Below, piece after piece: positions 1-12,708 of a stretch of 64,000 nucleotides of DNA. The position numbers and the translations under genes are program-made. The notes below the pieces were generated by a model that was not told the DNA's origin, searched no databases, and was given only the letters and a program-made list of their open reading frames with translations. The stretch covers positions 576,001 to 640,000 of the forward strand of contig CAWHTE010000001.1 in NCBI GenBank assembly GCA_963832165.1, written 5' to 3'. Every line of letters begins with the position of its first letter. Position 1 is the stretch's first letter. The DNA is from an uncultured delta proteobacterium (GTDB taxonomy: Bacteria > Myxococcota_A > UBA9160 > SMWR01).

Positions 1-866
1 TGCCGCCGAGCGACGCCACCCAGCGCCTCATGGTCGATGCGACCGACATGGGGCGCCGCGAGGCGCATTTCTACGCGGACCTCGCGCGCGAGGTGCCCGT
101 GCGCGTACCCGGTGCGCTGTGGTCGGGGTGGGGCGACGACCCGTCGCAGTACCTGATGCTGCTCGAAGATCTCGCCGCGACGGGGTGCGACTTCCCGCTC
201 TCGAGCGATCCCGCGATCCTCGACTTCGCGCGCGCGCTCGTCGAGGAGCTCGCGCGGCTGCATGGACACTTCGCCGACTGGTCCCGGTTCGCGTCCGCCT
301 TTCCCTGGGTCCAGGGCACGATGCGAAACGAGTGGGGACGCATGCTCGTGCAGGCCGGCCTCGACGCATTTCGCGACTCCTCGCCGCCCGAGTTCGCGGC
401 GATCAGCGAGCTCTACGTGGCGCACATGGAGGGCTTCAACGACTGGATGGATCGCGGCTCGCACACGCTGATCCACTACGACTGCCACCTCGGCAATCTG
501 TTCCGCGAGAAATCGCGCCCGGGTTTCCTCGACTGGGCGTGCGTCGCGCATGCTCCGGGCATGCGCGACGTGGCCTACTTCCTCAGCAACTCGCTACCCA
601 CGGAGCTGCGCCGGAAGGAGGAGCGCGACCTCCTCCAGCGCTATCGCGCCGGCCTCGCCGAGGCCGGGATCGCGCTGCCCCCGTTCGACGAGACCTGGCA
701 CGACTATCGCCGCTTCGCGCTCACGTCGTGGGTCGCCGCCACCACCACGGCTGCAGCGGGGAGCCGGATGCAACCGATCGAGATCGGACTGCGCGCGATG
801 GAGCGCACCAACGCCGCCGTGCGCGACCTCGATTCGCTCGCGCTGATGCGCGAGGCACTCGCCTAG
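1..866 (+). CDS. Phosphotransferase, APH/EcKinase family (5' partial)
   Basis: The frame is open from the window start. Motifs TLIHYDCHLGN (Brenner-type) and FLDW. Confidence 0.8.
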   Translation, partial: PPSDATQRLMVDATDMGRREAHFYADLAREVPVRVPGALWSGWGDDPSQYLMLLEDLAATGCDFPLSSDPAILDFARALVEELARLHGHFADWSRFASAFPWVQGTMRNEWGRMLVQAGLDAFRDSSPPEFAAISELYVAHMEGFNDWMDRGSHTLIHYDCHLGNLFREKSRPGFLDWACVAHAPGMRDVAYFLSNSLPTELRRKEERDLLQRYRAGLAEAGIALPPFDETWHDYRRFALTSWVAATTTAAAGSRMQPIEIGLRAMERTNAAVRDLDSLALMREALA

Positions 867-1270
867 CGCTTCTTGCGGCGCGCCGGGCTGTTCTTCTTGC
901 GCGTCTTCGCGCGCGCGGGGGCCTTCTTTCGCGAAGGCTTGCGCGACGGAGGCGGGCCCATCGGCACCACCTGCCGCACTTCGACCGTGCCCACGCGCGT
1001 GTGCGGGCAGCGCTTGGCGATCTCGATCGCCTCCGCGCGATTCCTGCAGTCGACCAGGAAATAGCCGCTGATCACCACGCGCGACGGGAACGGTCCATCG
1101 AGCACCGAGTCGCCGGTCACTCGAGCGCCGTGGGCCTCCGGCTGCAGCGGTGTGCCTCCGCGCAGCTTCCCGTTGCCTGCGAGTTCACCCGCAAATCGGC
1201 CCATCGCCCGGTAGATGCTCCGATCCTCGGGAGCCTCCCGGTCCGCGAGCATGATCAGCATGAACTCCAT
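863..1270 (-). CDS. YciI (DGPF) family protein with a Lys/Arg-rich tail
   Basis: VLDGPF...ISGYFLVDC...EAIEIAKRCP...VEVR. Confidence 0.85.
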   Translation of the reverse strand: MEFMLIMLADREAPEDRSIYRAMGRFAGELAGNGKLRGGTPLQPEAHGARVTGDSVLDGPFPSRVVISGYFLVDCRNRAEAIEIAKRCPHTRVGTVEVRQVVPMGPPPSRKPSRKKAPARAKTRKKNSPARRKKR

Positions 1271-1479
1271 CGCACACTCCTTGCTCTCGAGTGAGGCTGC
1301 GCACCACTCGGCGCGCGGCGTTCGGGTAGCATGATACGCTGTTTGGGCTGCGGCCTATCGCGCCTACACGCGGCTCGACGCGACCCCGAGGAGCCGGCAC
1401 GTTCATGATGGAAGCGGTGCAGAGCACGCGCTGCTGATCCACAGTCCGGCGCGGGACTGGAGCCACCCCTCGCGCGAAC

Positions 1480-1790
1480 CGCCGGGCCCGCCGCCGTTCT
1501 CGGTGGATACCGCCGGCCCGAGCCGAGCAGATCGAGCTCGAGCTGGACGCGGGCGCGAGCCCGCGCTGATCCTCGTTTCCGAGAGCTACCACCCGTGGTG
1601 GCGCGCGAGGATCGACGGTGTACCGGCTACGGTGGTGCGGGCCCATTACTTTGAGGCGGTGCCGTGCCGGAAGGTGCGCACCGCGTGAGCTCCGTTTCGA
1701 GCCGCCGACCTGGCTCGCCGCGGTCGACGGCATCAGTCAGCTGGCGCTGGTGGCACTGCTGGGGAGTGATTGTGTGGGGGGAGAGTGGTG
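1480..1790 (+). pseudogene. Degraded C-terminal fragment of a YfhO-family membrane protein
   Basis: LILVSESYHPWWRARIDGVPATVVRAHY, continuing in another frame as ELRFEPPTW. Several frameshifts and no N-terminus. Confidence 0.55.
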
Positions 1791-1806
1791 AAGAGGAGCG
1801 AGCTCC

Positions 1807-2451
1807 ATGAAGACCCTGGCGCTGATCGCGCGGCGGCCCGACATCACGCGCGAAGAGTTCCGCGACCACTACGAGGAGGTCCATGCGCCGCTCGCGGTGC
1901 GCACGCTGCTCGAGGGCACGACGCGCTATGTGCGCCACCACGTGCGCGAGGAGCTGTTCGGCTCGCCCGTGTTCGACGTGGTGACGGCGTTCTGGTATCG
2001 CGACGCCGCAGCGGCCGTCGAGGTCATGCGCCGTACCGAGACGCCGGCCGGCGAGGCGATCCGGCGCGACGAGCTCACGTTCATGAACAAGCCCGCGAAC
2101 ACGTTCTTCGCGGTGACGGAGCAGGTCGTGCGCGGCGCCGAGCAGCGCGCGGCCGCGCTCTCGCTGATCGCGCTCGTACGCCGGCCGCAGGGCGAAGACG
2201 CCGCGCGCTTCGCCCCGACCTACGAGAGCGAGCAGGTGCCGCGCCTGCTCGACGCGACACGCGCGCCCTCGTGGTGTCTCCAGAACCGCGCGCTGCGCTT
2301 CGGCGCTGCGGATCCGGCGTTCGACTCGGTGACGCAGGTGCAAGCGGCGGCGGATACCGGCCTCGCGCAGTGGGCGAAGGAGCTCGCCGCGACGGGCGCG
2401 GGCGTGGTGCTCGTAGCGGTGAGCGAGCACGAGAGCGCACTGCCGTGGTGA
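1807..2451 (+). CDS. EthD-domain protein (tandem)
   Basis: ARRPDITREEFRDHYEEVHAPL. RBS GAGGAG upstream. Confidence 0.8.
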   Translation: MKTLALIARRPDITREEFRDHYEEVHAPLAVRTLLEGTTRYVRHHVREELFGSPVFDVVTAFWYRDAAAAVEVMRRTETPAGEAIRRDELTFMNKPANTFFAVTEQVVRGAEQRAAALSLIALVRRPQGEDAARFAPTYESEQVPRLLDATRAPSWCLQNRALRFGAADPAFDSVTQVQAAADTGLAQWAKELAATGAGVVLVAVSEHESALPW

Positions 2452-2580
2452 TGGCGGATTCTTCAGGACTCCATCATCACTCCGCCGGTCCGCGCCGAGC
2501 TTTGTAGATTCGCGTCCCGCCCATCTGCGCCGACCTCGCGTGCGCGCGATCCGCGCGCCGTCGAACGGACCGCGCTCCTC

Positions 2581-2596
2581 TGGCACGCGCCTTGCT
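2581..2596 (+). promoter_or_regulatory. Sigma-54 -24/-12 promoter
   Basis: TGGCACG-CGCC-TTGCT has consensus GG-N10-GC spacing and lies just upstream of the SRPBCC gene. Confidence 0.75.
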
Positions 2597-2622
2597 CCTT
2601 TTGTTCGGCGGAGGAATTTCAA

Positions 2623-3095
2623 ATGAGCCAGTTCATCGAATCGATCGAAGTCGACGTGCCGGTGCGCACGGCGTACAACCAGTGGACCCAGTTCGAGAGC
2701 TTCCCGCGCTTCATGGAGGGCGTGCAGAAGGTCGAGCAGCGCGACGACCGGCGCTTGCACTGGTGCGCGGAGATCGGCGGCCGGGACGTGGAGTGGGACG
2801 CGACGATCACCGAGCAGAAGCCCGACCAGCGCATCGCGTGGAAGAGCACGTCGGGTGCGCGCCACGCCGGCGTCGTGGACTTCCATCGTCTCGACGACGA
2901 CACGTGTCGCGTGACGCTCCAGATCGACTACGAGCCCGAGGGCGCGGTCGAGACGGCCGGCGACCTGATCGGCCTGGTGAAGCGGCGCGTGAAGGGCGAC
3001 CTCGAGCGCTTCAAGCAGTTCATCGAGGAGCGCGGCGCCGAGTCGGGTGCCTGGCGCGGCACCGTGCCGAACCGTGACGAGCGGGGGCCTGGCCG

Positions 3096-3099
<4 letters not shown>
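2623..3099 (+). CDS. SRPBCC / polyketide cyclase-dehydrase family protein
   Basis: VPVRTAYNQWTQFESFPRFMEGV...GDLERFKQFIE. RBS GGAGGA. Confidence 0.9.
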
Positions 3100-4709
<1,610 letters not shown>

Positions 4710-4730
4710 CGCTCGTCCTCTGCCGTCGGA

Positions 4731-6380
4731 TCAGCGTAGCTCGCTCGCGCGGCCGCGTTCCACGAAGCGCGCGCGCACCGCGGCCACGTCGCTCGCGGCC
4801 ATGCGCCGCAGCGACTCGCCCTTGGCGGGCCGGAAGAACACCGGCTCGCCGCATTCCCAGCGCTCGCCGCGCAGCTGGCGCTTCTGGACCTTCGCAGTCT
4901 GGGTGATCGGCAGCGCGGCGCTCGTGCGCACGTAGCGCGGCGACCACTTCGTGCCGAGATCGCTCTGCCGCGCGAGGAACGCGTCGAAGTCGTCCGGGTC
5001 GAAGCGCTCGGGCTCGATGAGCTGGAGCGCGGCCATCACCTGGTCGCCGACCTCCTCGTCCGGAACGGCATACACCGCCGCGAGCACGACGCCCGGATAG
5101 CGCGCGAGGATCCGCTCGACCGGAGCCGCCGCGAAGTTCTCGCCGTCGACGCGCAGCCATTCGAAGTCGCGGCCCGCGAAGTAGAGGAAGCCGTCGGCGT
5201 CGCGGTAGGCGAGGTCGCCGGTCCAGTACATGCCGTCGCGCATGCGCTGGCGATCGGCGTCCTCGTTCTTGTAGTAGCCCTCGAATAGCGCTTTGCCGCC
5301 CGTGTTCACGAGCTCGCCGATCGCCTGCTCGGCGTTGGTGAGGCGGCCCTCGGCATCGAACTCCGCCACCGGACATTCCTCTCCGGTTTCGGGATCGAGC
5401 ACCTTGGTCCCGGGGTCGGAGCGGCCGAGCGCGCCCTTCGGAGTGTCCGGAACGCGCAGCACCATCGCGCCGCTCTCGGTGGAGCCATAGTTGTCGACTA
5501 CGCGCACGTCGAAGCGCTTCGCGAAGCGTTCGATATCGAGATCCGCTGCCTCGTTGCCGAACGCGAGCCGCAGCGGGTTGTCGGTGTCGTCGTCGCGCTC
5601 GGGCTGGGCGAGGATGTACGAGAGCGGCTTGCCCACGTAGTTCATGTAGTTGCAGCCGTACTTCCGGATGTCGGGCAGCGCGGACGAGGCGGAGAAGCGC
5701 CGGCGCAGCACCGCGGTGCCTCCGGCCACGATCATGGGACCCGTGCCCGTGAACAGCGCGTTGCTGTGGAACATCGGCATCACTTGATAGGAGACGGTGT
5801 CGCGGCCGAGCCCGTAGTTCGCCACGAGCGTCTGCGAGACGATCGACCACTTGCCCTGCGTGCAGATCACGGCCTTGGGCGCGCCGCTCGTGCCCGAGGT
5901 GAACAGGAGCAGCAGCAGGTCGGACATCGCGACCGCGACGTCGGGGATCGGCGCGCCCGCAAACGGCGCGATCGCATCGGCATAACGGTCGGATTCGACG
6001 TTCAGCACACGGTCCACCGGCACGCCGAGATCGAGCCCGTCGAGCAGCGGTGCGTGGCACGGCTCGGTGACGATGAGCTGACAGTCGGTGTGGCGCACGT
6101 CGCGTGCGAGCTCGGCGCCGCGCCGCGTGGGATTGATCCCCACCACCACGCCGCCCGCGAGCGCAGCGGCACCGATCCAGAACGAGAACTCGGGCACGTT
6201 CTCGAGCAGCACACCGACGTGGAGCGGCCCGTCGCGCCGCGTGGCGAGCAGGAACGCCGCGCGCTGCGCGCATCGCGCGACCCACTCGCGGTAGCTCCAG
6301 CTGCGATCTTCGAAGCGCAGCGCCGTGTGATCGTCGTCGGCGCGCGCGGCGACCCAGTGGCGGAACGGAACCAGCTCCAT
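4731..6380 (-). CDS. Acyl-CoA synthetase (FadD17/FadD1-like)
   Basis: LFTSGTSGAPK, YGSTE, YWTGDLAY, WLRVDGEN. Confidence 0.9.
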   Translation of the reverse strand: MELVPFRHWVAARADDDHTALRFEDRSWSYREWVARCAQRAAFLLATRRDGPLHVGVLLENVPEFSFWIGAAALAGGVVVGINPTRRGAELARDVRHTDCQLIVTEPCHAPLLDGLDLGVPVDRVLNVESDRYADAIAPFAGAPIPDVAVAMSDLLLLLFTSGTSGAPKAVICTQGKWSIVSQTLVANYGLGRDTVSYQVMPMFHSNALFTGTGPMIVAGGTAVLRRRFSASSALPDIRKYGCNYMNYVGKPLSYILAQPERDDDTDNPLRLAFGNEAADLDIERFAKRFDVRVVDNYGSTESGAMVLRVPDTPKGALGRSDPGTKVLDPETGEECPVAEFDAEGRLTNAEQAIGELVNTGGKALFEGYYKNEDADRQRMRDGMYWTGDLAYRDADGFLYFAGRDFEWLRVDGENFAAAPVERILARYPGVVLAAVYAVPDEEVGDQVMAALQLIEPERFDPDDFDAFLARQSDLGTKWSPRYVRTSAALPITQTAKVQKRQLRGERWECGEPVFFRPAKGESLRRMAASDVAAVRARFVERGRASELR

Positions 6381-6503
6381 CGCGACTACCGTACACCGGC
6401 AGGATGGTTCGATCCACGAACTTCGAAGCGGTCTTTCGTGGACGCTCGTGCGGCGCGGGGCTTACACTGCAAGACCCAGGCGGAACCCTTCGAGGTGATC
6501 GCG

Positions 6504-8476
6504 ATGAGCAGGATCCAGGGTTCGGTGCAGTTAGCCGGTCGACTCGTGCTAGGTATTTCCGCGGTCGGATGGCTCGCGGCGGTCCCCGCGCGCGCAGAGC
6601 TGGCGCTGTTCGAGGCTACCGGGATCACGCTGGGCGACGACCCGGTCGAGTGCGCCGACCTGGGTACCCACCGCCGCTGCGCTTCCGACGCGGGCAGCGA
6701 GCGCGTGCTTTCCCACGACGGACTGCCGGCGAGCGAGCGCATTCCGCTCGACTTCCAGCTCTTTCTCCCCGCCGCACCCGCGAACGGACCCGACGGCAAC
6801 TACCCGCTCGTCGTGTTCATCCACGGCTGGGGCGGCAGCAACACCTCGATCGGCGGCGGTGTCGAGAGCGAGTTCGTGCCCTACGCGGAGGGCGGCTATG
6901 CGGTGCTCGCGTACAGCGCGCGCGCCTGGGGAGGGAGCTGCGGATCGGCACAGCAGGCGAACTCCGAGTGCGCCGGGCAATGGAACCACCTCGCCGACAT
7001 CCGCTACGAAGTCCGCGACACGCAGTATTTCGCGGGGCTGCTCGCCGACGAGCTCTCCGACGACGGCACGCCGCTCGTCGACCCCGCGAAGATCGGCGTC
7101 ACCGGCGTCTCCTACGGTGGCGGCCAATCGACGATGCTGACGACCCTGCGCAATCGCGTGGTGAACCTCGATGGAAGCACCTCCCCGTGGACGAGCCCGG
7201 CCGGCAAGCCGATGCAGATCGCCGCCGCGGCCCCGTACTGGGCGTGGACCGATCTCGCCTACGCGCTGCTCCCGAACGGGCGCACGCTCGACTACGCCGT
7301 GAACAACGCATATCGCGGTCCGCTCGGCGGCGCGCCGTTCGGCGTGTCGAAGACGAGCGTTCAACGCGGGGCTCTACGCGCTGGGGGCGGCGATGAGCGT
7401 GTACGCGCCGCCCGGCGAGGACCCCGACATCAACGCCTGGAACACGTTGATCAACGCGGGCGAGCCCTATCAGGAGGCGACGATCGGCCCGATCGCCGAC
7501 GCGGTGACGGGCTACCGTTCGGGCTACTACTGGCTCGATCCGGCGGTCGAGCCGGCTCCTACGCTGTTCAACTCGGGCTGGTCGGACGACATCTTCCCGA
7601 TGATGGAGCCCGTGCGCTGGATCCAGCGCGCGAAACATCTGCATCCCGGCCTGGCGGCGGCACTGGTCGCCAGCGACTTCGGACACGCGCGCGCGAGCTC
7701 CGCCGACGCCGCGTACGCGAAGAGCACCGCGCGCGCTTGGTTCGACTACTACCTGAAGGGGATCGGTGGGCCGCCCGGACCGGCCGTGCGCGCGCGCACG
7801 CAGAGCTGCGTGGAGCCCGCGGTCGACTACGAGGCCGGGTCGTGGCTCGGGCTCGCGCAGGGCGAGGTGCGCCAGTCTTCCGGCGGCGGAACGGTGCTCT
7901 CGTCCGGCGGGCCCAGCAGCGCTTCGGCGCAGGCATTCGACCCGATCGCGGGCAGTGGGGCGTGCTCACGCGTGGCTGACGAGAACGTTGTCGGGAACGG
8001 TCGTGTTGAATCTGCCGGCGCCGGGCGGCGCAGGTTATACCGTGCTCGGCACACCCACGGTGATCGCGGACCTCACCGTGACGGGTACCGCCGCGAACAG
8101 CATGCTCGCGGCGCGCCTGCTCGACGTGGACGCGAACGGCGACGAGCTGCTGCTCGCGCGCGGGATCTACCGGCCCGATGCATCGGGCCAGCAGGTGTTC
8201 CAGCTCGCGCCGATGGGCTTCCACATCGCGCCCGACCACCATCTCCAGCTCGAGCTGATGGGCAACGAGGCCCCGACGATGCGCGCGTCGAACGTGTCGT
8301 TCGCGATCGAGGTCGGGAACCTCGAGCTGCGCGTTCCGGTCGCGGAGCCGCAGGCCGAGCCGCCCGCGGAGAAGGTTCTGCCGCCGGGCTATCTGCCCGA
8401 GCCGGGATTCGCCGCGCTATTCGCGAGCGGCTCGGCGCTCGTCGCGATGCTCGCGCGCAGGCGCCGCACGCAATAG
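6504..8476 (+). CDS. Secreted CocE/NonD (S15)-type alpha/beta hydrolase with PEP-CTERM tail; frameshifted at about 7359 and 7987
   Basis: Signal peptide, FIHGWGG and the nucleophile GVSYGGG. Three ORF pieces join into one gene. C-terminus LPEPG-hydrophobic-RRRR. Confidence 0.8.
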
Positions 8477-9922
8477 CCGAGCGCGACGGCCCACGCGACC
8501 AGCAGCACAATCGCGAGCGCGCGCGCGGGCGCACGTCCGGGCACGCCGAACCAGAGCGACCACAGATAGAGATCGACATCGCCCGCGAACAGCGATCGCA
8601 GGGATCCCGCGATCGGAGAGCGCAGCGGATCGAACAGAAATGCCGGGCGCGCAGCGGAGACCTCGCTCTCCCAGCCCATCCGCTCCACGGTGTGCCGCCA
8701 GTGCACGCTGATCAACACGATCTGGATCGCACACCCGAGCGCCGCGAGCGCACCCGCGAGCCATCCCTGCCAACGCGGCCTGGGCGCGTCGAGCCAGTTG
8801 CCCAGCGGCAGGAGCAGGAGCGGGGTCAGCGCGAACAGATAACGCGGACCCGGTGCCGACCACAGCCCGTGCCAGAACACGAAGCGGCCGCACAGGACGA
8901 GGAAAGCAGAGCGTGAGCGCGAGCACGGTCAGCGCCTCGGCGCGGTGCGCGCGCCAGAAGCCCGGCAGCCACAGCGGCAGCAGCAAGAGCAGCGGCGAGT
9001 ACGCGAACACGCCCGCGCCCGGGGAGAGCAACAGTCCGGTCAGGCCGTCGAGCAGCGAGCCGTGGAGCAGGAACGACTGCGCGGTCATCGGCGAGGTGAT
9101 CCAGTTGCCCCACTTCGCGTAGTTGACCGCGATGTGGACCGCGGCGACCGCGGCACTCGGCAGCGCGATCGCGGCCGCGACCCGGGTCACCGCGAGGCCG
9201 GACTCGCGCGCGCGCGCGACGAGCGTCCAGGCGAGGTAGCCCGCGAGAGCGGGACCCGATACGGCCGCGGGTATGCGCACGATCACGACCGCCGACGCCA
9301 GCAGGACACCCGCTGCGAGCCACATCACGCGGCCCGTGCGCCGCCACGCGTGCAGAGCTGCGAAGCCGCCCACGATCGCGATCGCTTCGCTGGTGTGCTG
9401 AAGGAAGTAGACCGAGTGGGTGGCCACGTAGGTGCACGCGCCCAGCAGCGCCGCGGCCCACAGTGCCGAGCGCCGGCTCGCACCGAGGCCGCGCTGGAAC
9501 AGGAAGAAGATCGCGACGAGCACGCCCGAGGTGATCGGGGCGTAGGCGCTCACGGCGAAGATCGGCGGGCTCTCGTGCGTGTCGATGTAGTCGTCGTCGT
9601 CACGCCCGATCGCGGCGCGCACCCTATCGGGGCCGACCGCGTTCGCGACTGCGTCGGCGAGCGCGATGAACGGCACCGCGAGGGCGGTCTGGGCGATCGC
9701 AAAGTGGCTGTAGAAGCGCCCGTCACGACCCGCAAAGATGTGCATGCCGGGCTCGACCGCGAGCGTGCCGCTCGTGTAGAGCGAGAGCGCGGGGTTGAAT
9801 ACACCGAGCTCGTCGGTCGCCGAGAAGTGGCAGTGATTGAACGGGAGGTAGGCGAGCGCCGCGACCGCTGCGAGCCAGGCGGCCGTGCGCCGGTCGCTTC
9901 CCGCGGATCTCGGATTTCCCAT
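8389..9922 (-). CDS. Multi-pass membrane protein, GT-C glycosyltransferase-like; frameshift at about 8903
   Basis: DE after TM1 (ATDE), GRFYSHF, LLLSPGAGVFAYSP, GPRYL. Confidence 0.7.
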
Positions 9923-10026
9923 GGGTGGGCAGAACATGGCCTAGTGGGGTCGGCGCGGGAAGGTTCCCGCGGCCATGCCGCGGCCGCGCTCAAGCGCGGG
10001 CCGGGATCCTTCGATACCCAGGGACG

Positions 10027-10413
10027 ATGAGCGAGAAGAAGACGATCCTGGTGGCCGACGACGAAGACTTCCTGCGCCTGCTGGTCAAGGAGACGCTCAC
10101 GCAGTACCGCGTGATCGAGGCCCGCGACGGCGACGAGGCGCTCGCGCTGGCGCGCGAGACGGAGCCGGATCTGTTGATTCTCGACTGGATGATGCCGGGC
10201 CGGCACGGCCCCGCGGTGCTCGAGGCGCTGCGCGCCGATCCGGAGACCCACGACCTTCCGGTGCTCATGATGACCGCGAAGGCCGGCGCCGCCGAGCGCG
10301 CGCAGCTGCTCGCCGCGGGAGCTACCGCGTGCATGGCCAAGCCGTTCGGCACCTCGGCGCTGCGCGCGTGCGTCGAGGAGATCCTCGGCAAGGCGAGCCA
10401 GCCCCAGTCCTGA
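10027..10413 (+). CDS. Stand-alone response regulator receiver
   Basis: ILVADDE, DLLILDWMMPG, MMTA, MAKPF. Confidence 0.9.
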   Translation: MSEKKTILVADDEDFLRLLVKETLTQYRVIEARDGDEALALARETEPDLLILDWMMPGRHGPAVLEALRADPETHDLPVLMMTAKAGAAERAQLLAAGATACMAKPFGTSALRACVEEILGKASQPQS

Positions 10414-10449
10414 TCCGGGATGGCGCGGCGCTGGCGCCGCGCGGGCCGA

Positions 10450-11733
10450 TCACTCGTCCGTGAGGTCCTCGGAGTCGTCGCACATCGCGCGGTTGCCGCC
10501 CGCGCTCTTGGCGGCGAACAGCGCGCGGTCGGCGCGCTTGATCAGCTCTTCGCGGGTGCACGGCCCGCCCTCGGCGGTTGCGACGCCGACGCTCGCGGAG
10601 ATGCGCAGCTCGATCTCGCCGGACTCGATCGGATGAGACGAGAGCGACTCGCACATGCGCTGCGCGATCTCCATCGCTTCGCGCCGGCTGGTCTCGGGCA
10701 GCACGACCAGGAACTCGTCGCCGCCGTAGCGACCGAACACGTCGTTCCGGCGCAGGACCCTCTGCACCCGCTCACACACGGTGCGCAGCACGCGATCGCC
10801 GACGATGTGGCCGTGCTGATCGTTGATCGGCTTGAAGTCGTCCATGTCGACCATGGCGAGCGAGAGCTCGGTGTCGCCCGCAGCGCGTTCGGAGAGGCTG
10901 TTGTCGAGCACTTCCAGCACGCGGCGCCGGCTCGACACGCCCGTGAGACCGTCCCGATCGGCGTGGCGGCGCTGCTCTTCGCGCGCTGCGATCAGGCGCT
11001 CCTGCAGCTCGACGATGCGCTGTCCCGCACGCAGGCGCGCGCGCAGCTCCTCGGGCGCAACCGGTTTGGCCAGGAAGTCGTCGGCACCGGCTTCGAGACC
11101 GACGAGCATCGACTCCGGGTCGTCCTTTGCGGTGACCAGGATGATGTAGGTGTAGGTGTCCGACTTGCGTGCGCGCAGCGCGCGGCACACTTCGACGCCG
11201 TCCATGCCCGGCATCATCCAGTCGATGATCGCGAGGTGCGGGGGCCCGGACGGGGAGAGCATTTCGAGCGCCACGTCGCCGCGCGAGACCGACGTCACGC
11301 GGTGTCCCCACTTCGTGAGCAGGTGCTCGAGGCGCATGCGCGTGACGTCGTCGTCCTCGGCGACGAGCACGTGACGGAGCTCGTGGCGCGTGCAGTGGGC
11401 CGACAGCGCGCTGCTGAGGTCGCCTAGCGCCGCTTCGACGCGCTCGATCAGGATGCGCAGCGCCGGGATGTCGCCCGACGTGGCTCGCTCCATCAGCGCG
11501 CGCGCGGCGCGCTCGGTGTCGTCTGCGGCGAAGGCCTGGCTGGCGCCCGCGAGACCGTGGGCGAGCCGCTCGATGTCGGCGGCGTCGCGGCGCTCGAGCG
11601 CCTCGTGGAGCTGGTCGAGCCGGGAGGCGTTCTGCTCGAGGAACTTCTGGGCCGTGGCGACCAGGAGATCGCCGTCTCCTTCCACCAGGTCGAGGGCTCG
11701 CTTGAGGTCGAATGCCGGAGTTTCGCGTTCCAT
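10450..11733 (-). CDS. Diguanylate cyclase, Hpt-REC-GGDEF
   Basis: Hpt RLAHGLAGAS, REC DWMMPGMDG...KP, intact RYGGDEF, and an RxxD I-site (RRND). Confidence 0.9.
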   Translation of the reverse strand: MERETPAFDLKRALDLVEGDGDLLVATAQKFLEQNASRLDQLHEALERRDAADIERLAHGLAGASQAFAADDTERAARALMERATSGDIPALRILIERVEAALGDLSSALSAHCTRHELRHVLVAEDDDVTRMRLEHLLTKWGHRVTSVSRGDVALEMLSPSGPPHLAIIDWMMPGMDGVEVCRALRARKSDTYTYIILVTAKDDPESMLVGLEAGADDFLAKPVAPEELRARLRAGQRIVELQERLIAAREEQRRHADRDGLTGVSSRRRVLEVLDNSLSERAAGDTELSLAMVDMDDFKPINDQHGHIVGDRVLRTVCERVQRVLRRNDVFGRYGGDEFLVVLPETSRREAMEIAQRMCESLSSHPIESGEIELRISASVGVATAEGGPCTREELIKRADRALFAAKSAGGNRAMCDDSEDLTDE

Positions 11734-11804
11734 GGATCCCCGGGCCTAGGGCCCCGGGGTGCGTATCGCGCGAATGCTCGCAGGACTTGACCCAGAGTGG
11801 CGTG

Positions 11805-11902
11805 AATAGGGCATTTTTCCCCATTGCCGCGCCCGGATCTGCGCATCGCTTGCCGGATGCGCGCACTACGGACTCCGCCCACGCTGTAGGGGTTTTGCGG
11901 AC
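11805..11902. promoter_or_regulatory. Candidate NarL/LuxR-type binding sites in a divergent promoter
   Basis: Imperfect palindrome AATAGGG-cattttt-CCCCATT (11805-11825) and a related GTAGGGGTTTTGCGGAC (11886-11902). Confidence 0.35.
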
Positions 11903-11980
11903 AGAGTGCAAGATTCCTGCGCAGGGTTGAGCACTTGCGCGCTATCCTGGCAGCCGATCGGGGCACCTTGCAGGAATTCG

Positions 11981-12685
11981 ATGCCTGAGGCGGTATTGCG
12001 CAGTACGGAAGCCCCTGCCCCTGCCCCGCGGCTGGCCCCGCGCACGCGAGTGGTGATCATCGACGACCACCCGATCGTCCGGCGCGGCCTGGCCGAGCTG
12101 GTGTCCGCAATGCCCGATCTCGAGACGGTCGGTGAGGCGGAAAGCTACACGCGGGCGCTCGAGCTGCTCGAGCGCACGCCCACGGACGTGGCGATCGTGG
12201 ATCTCTCGCTCGACGACTCGAGCGGCCTCGATCTGTTGTCCGAGATTCGATCGCGCTTCCCCGCCGTGAAGGCGATCGTGTTCTCGATCCACGATGCGGA
12301 GCTCTACGCGCCGCGCGCGCTGCGCGCGGGTGCGGCCGGCTTCGTGAGCAAGACCCAGCCCTGCGAGGACCTGCTCATGGCGATCCGCGCGCTGACGCTG
12401 GGCGAGATCTACGTCGCGCCGGACGTGGCCCAGCGGATCCTGCGCCGCATGTCGAGCGGGAGCCGTGCGCGCGCAGATGGCGGCGTGGAGCTGCTCTCGG
12501 ATCGCGAGCTCCAGGTGTTCGAGCTCGTGGGTCGCGGACAGACGACCGGTGAGATCGCGAAGGCGCTCCACCTCTCGCCCAAGACCGTCGAGACGCATCG
12601 CCAGCGCATCAAGGCCAAGCTCGGGATCGACAGCGGCACGAAGCTACTGATCCGCGCGGCTCAGTGGGTGGCGCAGGACACCTGA
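11981..12685 (+). CDS. NarL/LuxR-family response regulator
   Basis: IIDDHPIVRRGL; LSDRELQVF...LSPKTVETHRQRIKAKL. Confidence 0.95.
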   Translation: MPEAVLRSTEAPAPAPRLAPRTRVVIIDDHPIVRRGLAELVSAMPDLETVGEAESYTRALELLERTPTDVAIVDLSLDDSSGLDLLSEIRSRFPAVKAIVFSIHDAELYAPRALRAGAAGFVSKTQPCEDLLMAIRALTLGEIYVAPDVAQRILRRMSSGSRARADGGVELLSDRELQVFELVGRGQTTGEIAKALHLSPKTVETHRQRIKAKLGIDSGTKLLIRAAQWVAQDT

Positions 12686-12708
12686 TCGCTGCGGCGATCG
12701 GCGGAGCG

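Noticed and set aside
6395..6420. GGTTCGATCC resembling a tRNA T-loop
   Set aside because: No cloverleaf can be formed.
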